Below are positions 54,633-64,000 of a stretch of DNA of 64,000 bases, piece after piece (within the stretch, counting starts at the first letter, position 1; every line of letters starts with the position of its first letter). The DNA is from Mobula hypostoma (lineage: Eukaryota), in assembly GCF_963921235.1 (NCBI RefSeq), contig NC_086097.1:29328001-29392000 (forward strand), in the 5' to 3' direction. The notes below the pieces were generated by a model. That model was not told the origin of the DNA. It did not search any database and saw only the letters and a list, made by a program, of their open reading frames with translations. The position numbers and the translations under genes were made by a program.

Positions 54633-55376
54633 CTTTAAGAAAAAAATCACAAATGTACAGTGATAAATTGGCAACTTCTGGAGAGCAAGAAGATAAAAGA
54701 GTGTAAATTAGGTACAAGCTCATTTTCCCAGGAGCAGAATTCAAAATCAAAGATGTCTTATCATTGTAATGCACTTCAGATAAAGTTAAGGAATAACCAC
54801 TTACAAGAATGGAATCATATGCACGCTGGTCAGAATCAGCGAGGCAGGAGCCTGGGAATTTAATGCACCAAACTTCTACATTTATTGAAATGAATTTTGA
54901 ATCTTGCCATGACAGAATTTAAATTGTTACGTTCAAGGTGTGAGCCCAGTGGGATGGCCATTTCTTCCCAGCCCGGCCTTGTTTTTGATAACATTGCATT
55001 GACCCTTTCTCTCATCCTATCAAAAGTAACAAAAATGCACAAATCCATTGTCTTCCTTCTATAACGTACAAGTTTTTAAAAATTCAATCACTGCTACTTT
55101 TTCCATCTTTTTTCCAATTTTGATGCCATCCTTGACCCAACAAACCAATTTTCCCATAAGGAATTTCTGAACTTTAGATAGGGTACATTCAAACCAAACT
55201 TTGGGTTGACAGAATTAGGCACCTCTCAATTGTTGGGATGAAAAAAGACAATATCAAGGTTCCAAATTCATAACTGCAACATAGGGCATCAGAAACATTC
55301 ATGTTCTATTAAAGCAACACACATCAAAGTTGCTGGTGAACGCAGCAGGCCAAGCAGCATCTATAGGAAGAGGCGC

Positions 55377-55412
55377 AGTCGACGTTTCAGGCCGAGACCC
55401 TTCGTCAGGACT
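55377..55412 (-). ncRNA. Minimal type I hammerhead ribozyme in the PLE 3' UTR
   Basis: AGTC-CTGACGA-AGGGTCTCGGCCT-GAAAC-GTC^GACT: CUGANGA and GAAA core, stem I AGUC/GACU, stem II AGG/CCU, palindromic ACGU stem III, GUC cleavage triplet. Confidence 0.85.
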
Positions 55413-55705
55413 AACTGAAGGAAGAGTGAGTAAGGGATTTGAAAGTTGGAGGGGGAGGGGGAGATGCAAAATGATAGGAGAAGACAGGAGGGGAAGGGAT
55501 GGAGCCGAGAGCTGGACAGGTGATAGGCAAAAGGGGATACGAGAGGATCATGGGACAGGAGGTCCGGGAAGAAAGACGGGGGGGGGTGACCCAGAGGATG
55601 GGCAAGAGGTATATTCAGAGGGACAGAGGGAGAAAAAGGAGAGTGAGAGAAAGAATGTGTGCATAAAAATGAGTAACAGATGGAGTACGAGGGGGAGGTG
55701 GGGCC

Positions 55706-57064
55706 TTAGCGGAAGTTAGAGAAGTCGATGTTCATGCCATCAGGTTGGAGACTACCCAGATGGAATATAAGGTGTTGTTCCTCCAACCTGAGTGTGGCTT
55801 CATCTTTACAGTAGAGGAGGCCGTGGATAGACATGTCAGAATGGGAATGGGATGTGGAATTAAAATGTGTGGCCACTGGGAGATCCTGCTTTCTCTGGCG
55901 GACAGAGCGTAGGTGTTCAGCAAAGCGGTCTCCCAGTCTGCGTCGGGTCTCACCAATATATAAAAGGCCACATCGGGAGCACCGGACGCAGTATATCACC
56001 CCAGCCGACTCACAGGTGAAGTGTTGCCTCACCTGGAAGGACTGTCTGGGGCCCTGAATGGTGGTAAGGGAGGAAGTGTAAGGGCATGTGTAGCACTTGT
56101 TCCGCTTACACGGATAAGTGCCAGGAGGGAGATCAGTGGGGAGGGATGGGGGGGACGAATGGACAAGGGAGTTGTGTAGGGAGCGATCCCTGCGGAATGC
56201 AGGGGGGGGGGAGGGAAAGATGTGCTTAGTGGGGGGATCCCGTTGGAGGTGGCGGAAGTTACGGAGAATAATATGTTGGACCTGGAGGCTGGTGGGGTGG
56301 TAGGTGAGGACCAGGGGAACCCTATTCCTAGTGGGGTGGCGGGAGGATGGAGTGAGAGCAGATGTACGTGAAATGGGGGAGATGCGTTTAAGAGCAGAGT
56401 TGATAGTGGAGGAAGGGAAGCCCCTTTCTTTAAAAAATGAAGACATCTCCCTCATCCTAGAATGAAAAGTCTCATCCTGAGAGCAGATGCGGCGGAGACG
56501 GAGGAATTGTGAGAAGGGGATGGCGTTTTTGCAAGAGACAGGGTGAGAAGAGGAATAGTCCAGATAGCTGTGAGAGTCAGTAGGCTTATAGTAGACATCA
56601 GTGGATAAGCTGTCTCCAGAGACAGAGACAGAAAGATCTAGAAAGGGGAGGGAGGTGTCGGAAATGGACCAGGTAAACTTAAGGGCAGGGTGAAAGTTGG
56701 AGGCAAAGTTAATAAAGTCAACGAGTTCTGCATGCGTGCAGGAAGCAGCGCCAATGCAGTCATCGATGTAGCGAAGGAAAAGTGGGGGACAGATACCAGA
56801 ATAGGCACGGAACATAGATTGTTCCACAAAGCCAACAAAAAGGCAGGCATAGCTAGGACCCATACGGGTGCCCATAGCTACACCTTTAGTTTGGAGGAAA
56901 TGGGAGGAGCAAAAGGAGAAATTATTAAGAGTAAGGACTAATTCCGCTAGACGGAGCAGAGTGGTGGTAGAGGGGAACTGATTAGGTCTGGAATCCAAAA
57001 AGAAGCGTAGAGCTTTGAGACCTTCCTGATGGGGGATGGAAGTATATAAGGACTGGACATCCAT
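55706..57064 (-). CDS. Penelope-like RT plus GIY-YIG endonuclease ORF (partial; frame stays open to ~57379)
   Basis: 452-aa ORF with RT motifs (DVQSLY, GVAMG, YIDD) and a C-terminal GIY-YIG domain with conserved Cys/His. Confidence 0.88.
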   Translation of the reverse strand: MDVQSLYTSIPHQEGLKALRFFLDSRPNQFPSTTTLLRLAELVLTLNNFSFCSSHFLQTKGVAMGTRMGPSYACLFVGFVEQSMFRAYSGICPPLFLRYIDDCIGAASCTHAELVDFINFASNFHPALKFTWSISDTSLPFLDLSVSVSGDSLSTDVYYKPTDSHSYLDYSSSHPVSCKNAIPFSQFLRLRRICSQDETFHSRMREMSSFFKERGFPSSTINSALKRISPISRTSALTPSSRHPTRNRVPLVLTYHPTSLQVQHIILRNFRHLQRDPPTKHIFPSPPPAFRRDRSLHNSLVHSSPPSLPTDLPPGTYPCKRNKCYTCPYTSSLTTIQGPRQSFQVRQHFTCESAGVIYCVRCSRCGLLYIGETRRRLGDRFAEHLRSVRQRKQDLPVATHFNSTSHSHSDMSIHGLLYCKDEATLRLEEQHLIFHLGSLQPDGMNIDFSNFR

Positions 57065-57380
57065 GGTGAAAATAAAGCGGTGGGGGCCAGGGAACTTAAA
57101 ATCACCGAAAAGTTTAAGAGCGTGAGAAGTGTCATGAACATGGGTCGGAAGGGATTGAACAAGGGGTGATAAAACAGTGTCGAGGTATGCAGAAACGAGT
57201 TCGGTGGGGCAGGAGCAAGCTGAGACAATAGGTCGGCCAGGACAGGCAGGTTTGTGGATCTTGGGTAGGAGGTAGAAACGGGAAGTGCGGGGTGTGGGAA
57301 CTATAAGGTTGGTAGCAGTGGATGGGAGATCCCCTGAGCGGATAAAGTCGGTGATAGTGTGGGAGACAACGGCCTGGTGC

Positions 57381-59101
57381 TCCAGACCTAATCAGTTCCC
57401 CTCTACCACCACTCTGCTCCATCTAGCGGAATTAGTCCTTACTCTTAATAATTTCTCCTTTTGCTCCTCCCATTTCCTCCAAACTAAAGGTGTAGCTATG
57501 GGCACCCGTATGGGTCCTAGCTATGCCTGCCTTTTTGTTGGCTTTGTGGAACAATCTATGTTCCGTGCCTATTCTGGTATCTGTCCCCCACTTTTCCTTC
57601 GCTACATCGACGACTGCATTGGCGCTGCTTCCTGCACGCATGCAGAACTCGTTGACTTTATTAACTTTGCCTCCAACTTTCACCCTGCCCTCAAGTTTAC
57701 CTGGTCCATTTCCGACACCTCCCTCCCCTTTCTAGATCTTTCTGTCTCTGTCTCTGGAGACAGCTTATCCACTGATGTCTACTATAAGCCTACTGACTCT
57801 CACAGCTATCTGGACTATTCCTCTTCTCACCCTGTCTCTTGCAAAAACGCCATCCCCTTCTCGCAATTCCTCCGTCTCCGCCGCATCTGCTCTCAGGATG
57901 AGGCTTTTCATTCTAGGACGAGGGAGATGTCTTCATTTTTTAAAGAAAGGGGCTTCCCTTCCTCCACTATCAACTCTGCTCTTAAACACATCTCCCCCAT
58001 TTCACGTACATCTGCTCTCACTCCATCCTCCCACCAACCCACTAGGAATAGGGTTCCCCTGGTCCTCACCTACCACCCCACCAGCCTCCGGGTCCAACAT
58101 ATTATTCTCCGTAACTTCCGCCACCTCCAACGGGATCCCCCCACTAAGCACATCTTTCCCTCCCCCCCCTCTCTGCATTCCGCAGGGATCGCTCCCTACA
58201 CAACTCCCTTGTCCATTCGTGCCCCCCATCCCTCCCCACTGATCTCCCTCCTGGCACTTATCCGTGTAAGCGGAACAAGTGCTACACATGCCCTTACACT
58301 TCCTCCCTTACCACCATTCAGGGCCCCAAACAGTCCTTCCAGGTGAGGCATCACTTCACCTGTGAGTCGACTGGGGTGATATACTGCGTCCGGTGCTCCC
58401 GATGTGGCCTTTTATATATTGGTGAGACCCGACGCAGACTGGGAGACCGCTTTGCTGAACATCTACACTCTGCCCGCCAGAGAAAGCAGGATCTCCCAGT
58501 GGCCACACATTTTAATTCCACATCCCATTCCCATTCTGACATGTCTATCCACGGCCTCCTCTACTGTAAAGATGAAGCCACACTCAGGTTGGAGGAACAA
58601 CACCTTATATTCCGTCTGGGTAGCCTCCAACCTGATGGCATGAACATCGACTTCTCTAACTTCCGCTAATGCCCCACCTCCCCCTCGTACCCCATCTGTT
58701 ACTCATTTTTATGCACACATTCTTTCTCTCACTCTCCTTTTTCTCCCTCTGTCCCTCTGAATATACCTCTTGCTCATCCTCTGGGTCACCCCCCCTCCCC
58801 TCCTTGTCTTTCTTCCCGGACCTCCTGTCCCATGATCCTCTCGTATCTCCTTTTGCCTATCTCCTGTCCAGCTCTCGGCTCTATCCCTCCCCCTCCTGTC
58901 TTCTCCTATCATTTTGCATCTCCCCCTCCCCCTCCAGCTTTCAAATCCCTTACTCACTCTTCCTTCAGTTAGTCCTGACGAAGGGTCTCGGCCTGAAACG
59001 TCCACTGCGCCTCTTCCTATAGATGCTGCTTGGCCTGCTGCGTTCACCAGCAACTTTGATGTATGTTGTTTGAATTTCCAGCATCTGCAGAATTCCTGTT
59101 G
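57381..59101 (+). mobile_element. Penelope-like element, 5'-truncated, right arm of the inverted pair (frameshift in poly-C near 58160-58170)
   Basis: Near-identical reverse complement of 55314-56992. ORFs 57285-58346 and 58343-58669. Ends ...ccagcatctgcagaattcctgttg followed by the TSD. Confidence 0.95.
58971..59006 (+). ncRNA. Minimal type I hammerhead ribozyme with a G>C change in stem I
   Basis: AGTC-CTGACGA-AGGGTCTCGGCCT-GAAAC-GTC^CACT. Confidence 0.75.
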
Positions 59102-59404
59102 TTCATGTTCTATTAAACTTGGTTTTATCAACATAAAAGCTAAAATAATTCTAAAGCACTTGAATTTTGTACTACCCCAATGCAGAACCTGCAGATTTGA
59201 GCTTTTCAGCAAGGCACTGTGCTTTTGAAATCATATGCTACAAGTAAAAGAAAACAGACTAAATCAGCTTGTAAATCAAAGTAAACTGCCCATTTTTCAT
59301 AAAGAGTTTTCTAGGCATGCACAAGCCTCACCTTCACATTCATGGAATATCAAGCTGCACTAGTTCAAGATTCCCAGAATATGCTTTTCCCAAAAGATTT
59401 TAAC

Positions 59405-59580
59405 TTAAAAATAGAAAGTGCTGGGAACACTCATCCAGTCTCATAGCATTTGTGGGAACAGAATTCATTGTTTTGGGTCTTTGACTGTAACCATTAATAG
59501 TTTTTTGTTCCAATAATGTTGCCTGATATGCTGAGCCTTTCCAGAATTGTGTTTTTATTTTAAAATTTCTAGTATCTGCT
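59405..59580. mobile_element. Highly decayed palindromic PLE-end insertion
   Basis: aaaatagaaagtgctgggaacactca versus tgagcctttccagaattgtgtttttatttt...tctagtatctgc. Confidence 0.5.
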
Positions 59581-61871
59581 GTCTTGATTTTAATTTATCA
59601 TAGAATCGGACATATCTTGTTCTTATGCAAACAATGATACAACAGCTGTGGGAGTCCTTTACAAATCTGCTCACAAAATTCAGAGACAATGTAGTTAATA
59701 AGCAGAAGGGGAAGCAGAATAATGTTGCCTGGGGTATCAGGCAGGAACTAATTTGCCGTAGCTCCACGAAACTGATTGGCACTGTTCTCAGTATGAAAAT
59801 ACAGTGCCGTATTTCTTCTTCCTACCACAGAATGGAAAGCACTATGATAACTACGGCTCTCAATATTCAATGAACACACAAGCTTCAACCACTGTCATAG
59901 TGACTGCTGAACCCTCAGGGGTACTTCAGCGCAGCCACTTAAGTGAGCAAACGTTTATACAAGTAGTCAGGATTTTGCTGTAACATAATCTTTGCGCTGT
60001 GATGACTAGATGACATTATGTTACTGCCGCAAGCTAACATGTACAAACTATGGATAGATCCTTCCTGAAGTTTGTTGCAAGTTATTCACAAAATACTTTG
60101 CACAGGGTCACAAGATGAAACCTCTCAAACATTACAGCACAAGGACACAAATTCATCCAAAAGCAAGTACTTCTAACTGTAAAAGCATGCTTTACACATT
60201 GCATAATCAGACACCAAGGATGAAGTTCAAGAGTGTAATCAATCTCAGGGTTCAGATGACGTTATATACCACTTACTATATGCCTTCACGGTTTCATGAC
60301 ATCTGAACCTTTTCTATTAGATTAGAGCCTTGTAAATTCCATCCCAAGAGAGTCGCTATTTTGTATAATACAATAATCACTGTAAAAATGATTGCATTGC
60401 TAGTGTTTACCCTGGACTGTTACCAGCATTCCTGATTTGAACTTCACCTCTTATGTCAACTGCAGTGATGTTTGTTCCAAACACCGTTACTACGACGTGA
60501 TCTGTTATCCCCAAATGTTATGTTATATTCATGGTTCCTAAAATCAACCTTGTAGTTTCAGGATCCATTAAATGATCCTGAATCTAATTCTGTATATACA
60601 CAAGACCGTAACCAACGATAATCATTGCTTGGAAAGCAAATACACAAATTGTGATGCCTTTTTAAAAGCTCTATGTACTTCACTCAAATATCGCTCAATG
60701 GCACAAAATCCTCACTGTCAGATCCCATCGATGCCAAGGAAACAAGTGCATCTCAGTCTAGGTGTCAACAACTGAGATGTGCCACTCCTCCTCCAAGACC
60801 TGTGGTTGACAATATTTTCCCCGACAAAAGTAGTCGGGAACAAGCGCTCACACTAAGGGAAAACTATAAAGAAAAGAATGAAAACAAATAATATGCCCAC
60901 TTTACTTTGGGGGGGGGGGGGAGGAGTGGAATTCAACAGGTCATGCTCTTGCACAAAATTGGGTCCCTAAGATGTAAATGAAGGTTACCCTGAGTTTTTC
61001 TTTTTACTGAAATTCAAAGAGTCTAACTTCTCTCATATGTTTTGTAGGGATGATTTTGGGGAGCAGCATAGGGGAGTTAGGGTTTAGAAACAGGGACGGG
61101 GGGGGGAGGTGGAAGGGAGGAGTTCGACTGGAGCGCTCAGCAGTCAAAGGCCAGCGATCCTTGAGGACAGATGCTGGATTGGCAGGTGAAAACCAATGAT
61201 CCCTGTGGTCAAGGGCTGGTGAACCCCCTCCTCAGGTCAGTTAGTCAAGAGTTGGAAATCAGAGACAGAGCAAGTGGAGTGAGGGGGTTGGGGGGGGGAG
61301 GAGAGCAGGAGCAGAAGCGTGCAAGTGTGAGAGGGAGAAAAGGGGCTTGTTTTGCTGTTGTTGTTATTCCTTGTGTTGTGGGCATGCTATGTTGACGGTG
61401 TAATGTGTTGACAACACTTGCGGGCTGCCCCCTTGGTTGTTAATGCAAACAATGCATTTCACTGCATGTTTCGATGTACGTGTGATAAGAATCTGAATTT
61501 ATCATCCTGCCACTGTCTGTAAGGAGTTTGCACATTCGCCCCTTGACTACGTGGGTTTCCTCCCACAGTTCAAAGATGTACCAGTTGGTAGATTAATAAT
61601 AAATTGTCATTGTAAATTGTCTTGGGATTAAGCTAGTGTTAAATCGGGAGTTACTGGGCAGTGTGGCTCAAATGACTGGAAGGGCTTATTTTGTGCTTTA
61701 TCTCAAGTTTAAAAAAAAGGCGAGTGAAGGAAACTTGTGCTTGATAGTGGTGGGAGTGCAGCTTAAGTGTGTCTGAATACAATTTGTCACTGTTACTGAT
61801 ATGGGCTTTGATGAATTTGGTAAGCTCAACTCCTGGAGAAGTTTAAACACAGCATAATTTATTCTCAATTA

Positions 61872-63433
61872 CAGAAGTCCCCTGCTTTTCGAACGTTTGA
61901 TTTACGAAACCTCACTGTTACGAAAGACCTACATTAGTTACCTGTTTTCGGAAAAAGAAGGTGTTTTCACCGTTACGAAAAAAGGCAGCGCGCTGAAAAA
62001 AGGCAGCGCGCTAAAAAAAGCAGCACACACCCCGAGCAGCCACTCTCCCCCGGATTCGGAACTGCATTCTCGCCAGCATTGCTTAAACACGTGCCTGTGA
62101 GCAGCCGTTTGCAAGAGGAGTTCTAAGGTATCGGAAAAGTCTATGGGAAAAGACTAAAGGTGTTACACTTAGCGTAAAACTAGACATAATTAAGCGTTTC
62201 GATCGTAGTGAACGAAGGACGGACAAAGTGAGTTCGGCTTGTGGAAGTTGACGAAAATGATGTTGAAGAGGTTTTGGCATCCCATGACTAAGAACTGATA
62301 GATGAAGAGCTGATGCAATTGGAAGAGAAAAGGATAACAATCGAAACCGAATGCAGTAGCGAACAGACTGAAAGTGAAGTCGTCCAGGAACAGAACGTGA
62401 AGCAACTGCATGAGATTTTCGCTGCAATGAAAAAGTACAACTTTAATTTTGAAAGGGTATGTTGGTTTAGGGCATATTTGCAAGATGGTTTGAGTCCTTA
62501 CAAAGAACTGTATGATACAAAAATGCACGAGGCTAAGCAGTCAAGCAAGCCTTCCACATCAGACGACGAACCTCGACTTTCGACATCGAGGCAGGCAGAC
62601 GTGGAAGAAGATGACCTGCCTGCCCTGATGGAAACAAACCACCCTAACCCCTGGGCTGCGGAGAATGCAGCGGTAGCTGGGATGCACCCAACACACCTTT
62701 AAGAAAAAAAGCCGAAATAAGCAAGCTAATTAGGTGCCACCCGGCACGTAAATGTCGGCCCAGATCAGAGGCGATTGCCGATTGCGTTGCCTCTGATCTG
62801 GGCCGACATTTATGTGCCGGGCGGCACCTAATTAATTAGTTTGTTTATTTCAGCTTTTTTCTTAAAGATGTGCTGGGTGTGTCCCGGCTACCGCTGCACG
62901 CTCCGCGGATCGGTATCAGTTTGCTGCCCAGAAGGTGGGGACCACTGCACCACCCCAACCTCCGACGACTCAGCCTAACACACCATCAGTGTGCTCGGCG
63001 CTGTCTTCCCAATTCCGGTAAGTGATACTACATTGTACATACATTATTTCTACTTTAGATCGGCCGTGTATTTTTATGTGTTATTTGGTATGATTTAGCA
63101 GCTTCATAGCTTAAGGGTTACTGGAGAGGGTGTTTCTGCCAGGAGCGCTTGTGTGAGATTTTCGCTACAGAGAACAGTGCGGCAATGATTGTAGAGAAGT
63201 ATTTCTATTTTATACAGGCTGTGTATCTATCATATCACTCCTGCTTTTATTATATGTAAATGTTATTTTAGGTTTTATGTGTTATTTGGCATGATTTGGT
63301 AGGTTATTTTTGGGTCTGAGAATGCTCACAAATTTTTCCCATATAAATAAATGGTAATTGCTTCTTCGCTTTACAACATTCCGGCTTACGAACCGTTTCA
63401 TAGGAATGCTCATAGGATGGCGGGGGAAACCTG
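61872..63433 (+). mobile_element. Internally deleted Tigger/pogo-like DNA transposon
   Basis: TA|CAGAAGTCCCCTGC ... GCGGGGGAAACCTG|TA. N-terminal HTH relic GVTLSVKLDIIKRFDR is fused to a C-terminal relic (EVDENDVEEVLASHD...DEELMQLEE). Confidence 0.82.
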
Positions 63434-64000
63434 TATAAATTAACCTTTCCAGAACATGGATGTACTAGATAAACACTCTATATTAGAACTCAAATATTTG
63501 GCTTTTATATACACTCAATTTAAAAAAAAATCAAGAAGGTAGAAAAATATGAATATGCATCCCGAAAAGAGCAGCAATTTTGGCATTATCATGGAAATCC
63601 CGATGTTGTCACTGATTCCGTCTTTGTTCACAGGCTGTGCTAGTATCAATCAAGAAAATCAGTTAAGTTGATGACTTAGAGACTAGTCTCAACCAAAGTT
63701 ATCGCACAAGGTCAGTGAGGTTTATCAACAATCTGGCATAATCACTGGCTACGATTAGTCATAAAACTTCATTTTAATATGCATGTGTTCATGTATACTA
63801 TTTTGGGAAACAGTAAAAATTCCAGTTGTTAGTTCACACTCTATAAAATGCTTAAAATAATTAAAATGGTGCCGTCTCTGGTCTTGGTTTAGTGTTTGTA
63901 AGGATTTGTTAAGGGGATTGGCTGTTTAGCTTGCTCGATGACACCACTGTCTGAAGACTAAGGATTTGCATGAACTGATGCCTAACAGCAACGGACAATG

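Larger units (their letters stand above)
55314..57380 (-). mobile_element. Penelope-like element (Neptune-type), 5'-truncated, left arm of an inverted pair
   Basis: Frame is open from the junction to the stop at 55706: FYLLPKIHK, GRPIVS, MDVQSLYTSI, QTKGVAMGT, RYIDD, linker CKRNKCYTC, GIY-YIG GVIYCVRCSRCGLLYIGETRRRL. Pyrimidine-rich 3' UTR with a hammerhead motif. Confidence 0.95.

Noticed and set aside
57285..58346. 353-aa plus-strand ORF as an independent gene
   Set aside because: It is a chimera. The first ~32 codons are antisense PLE sequence read across the inversion junction and the tail is frameshifted.
62313..62702. 129-aa acidic ORF
   Set aside because: It is the C-terminal relic of a Tigger transposase inside TIRs.
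54633..64000. Upstream DICER1 exon (exon 20 equivalent)
   Set aside because: No ILVPELC or LPSILYRL-like coding segment was found, so it presumably lies beyond the window.

Overview
Eukaryotic, repeat-rich vertebrate DNA. The CR1/Rex1/Penelope/SINE repertoire suggests a cartilaginous fish, probably a ray or skate (inference). The window holds the 3' end of DICER1 on the minus strand: 7 coding exons equivalent to human exons 21-27 (2518 nt, about 838 aa) covering RNase IIIa, RNase IIIb and the dsRBD, all with GT-AG junctions in correct phase, plus a ~3 kb 3' UTR ending near 13.96 kb. The upstream exon is outside the window. Introns and downstream DNA are filled with CR1 and Rex1 LINE fragments, SINEs, two Buster-type hATs, a hAT MITE, a Tc1, a Tigger and a solo LTR. 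Highlights: (1) Penelope-like (Neptune-type) insertions repeatedly take a head-to-head palindromic form inside a single 13-16 bp target-site duplication, from ~90 bp up to 3.8 kb, and carry minimal hammerhead ribozymes; the largest would put a ~1.7 kb hairpin into Dicer's own pre-mRNA. (2) DICER1 retains three let-7 8mer sites in coding sequence, one nearly fully complementary, and a cluster of miR-103/107 sites in the 3' UTR. (3) A young solo LTR sits 47 bp upstream of an exon that has an in-frame ATG.
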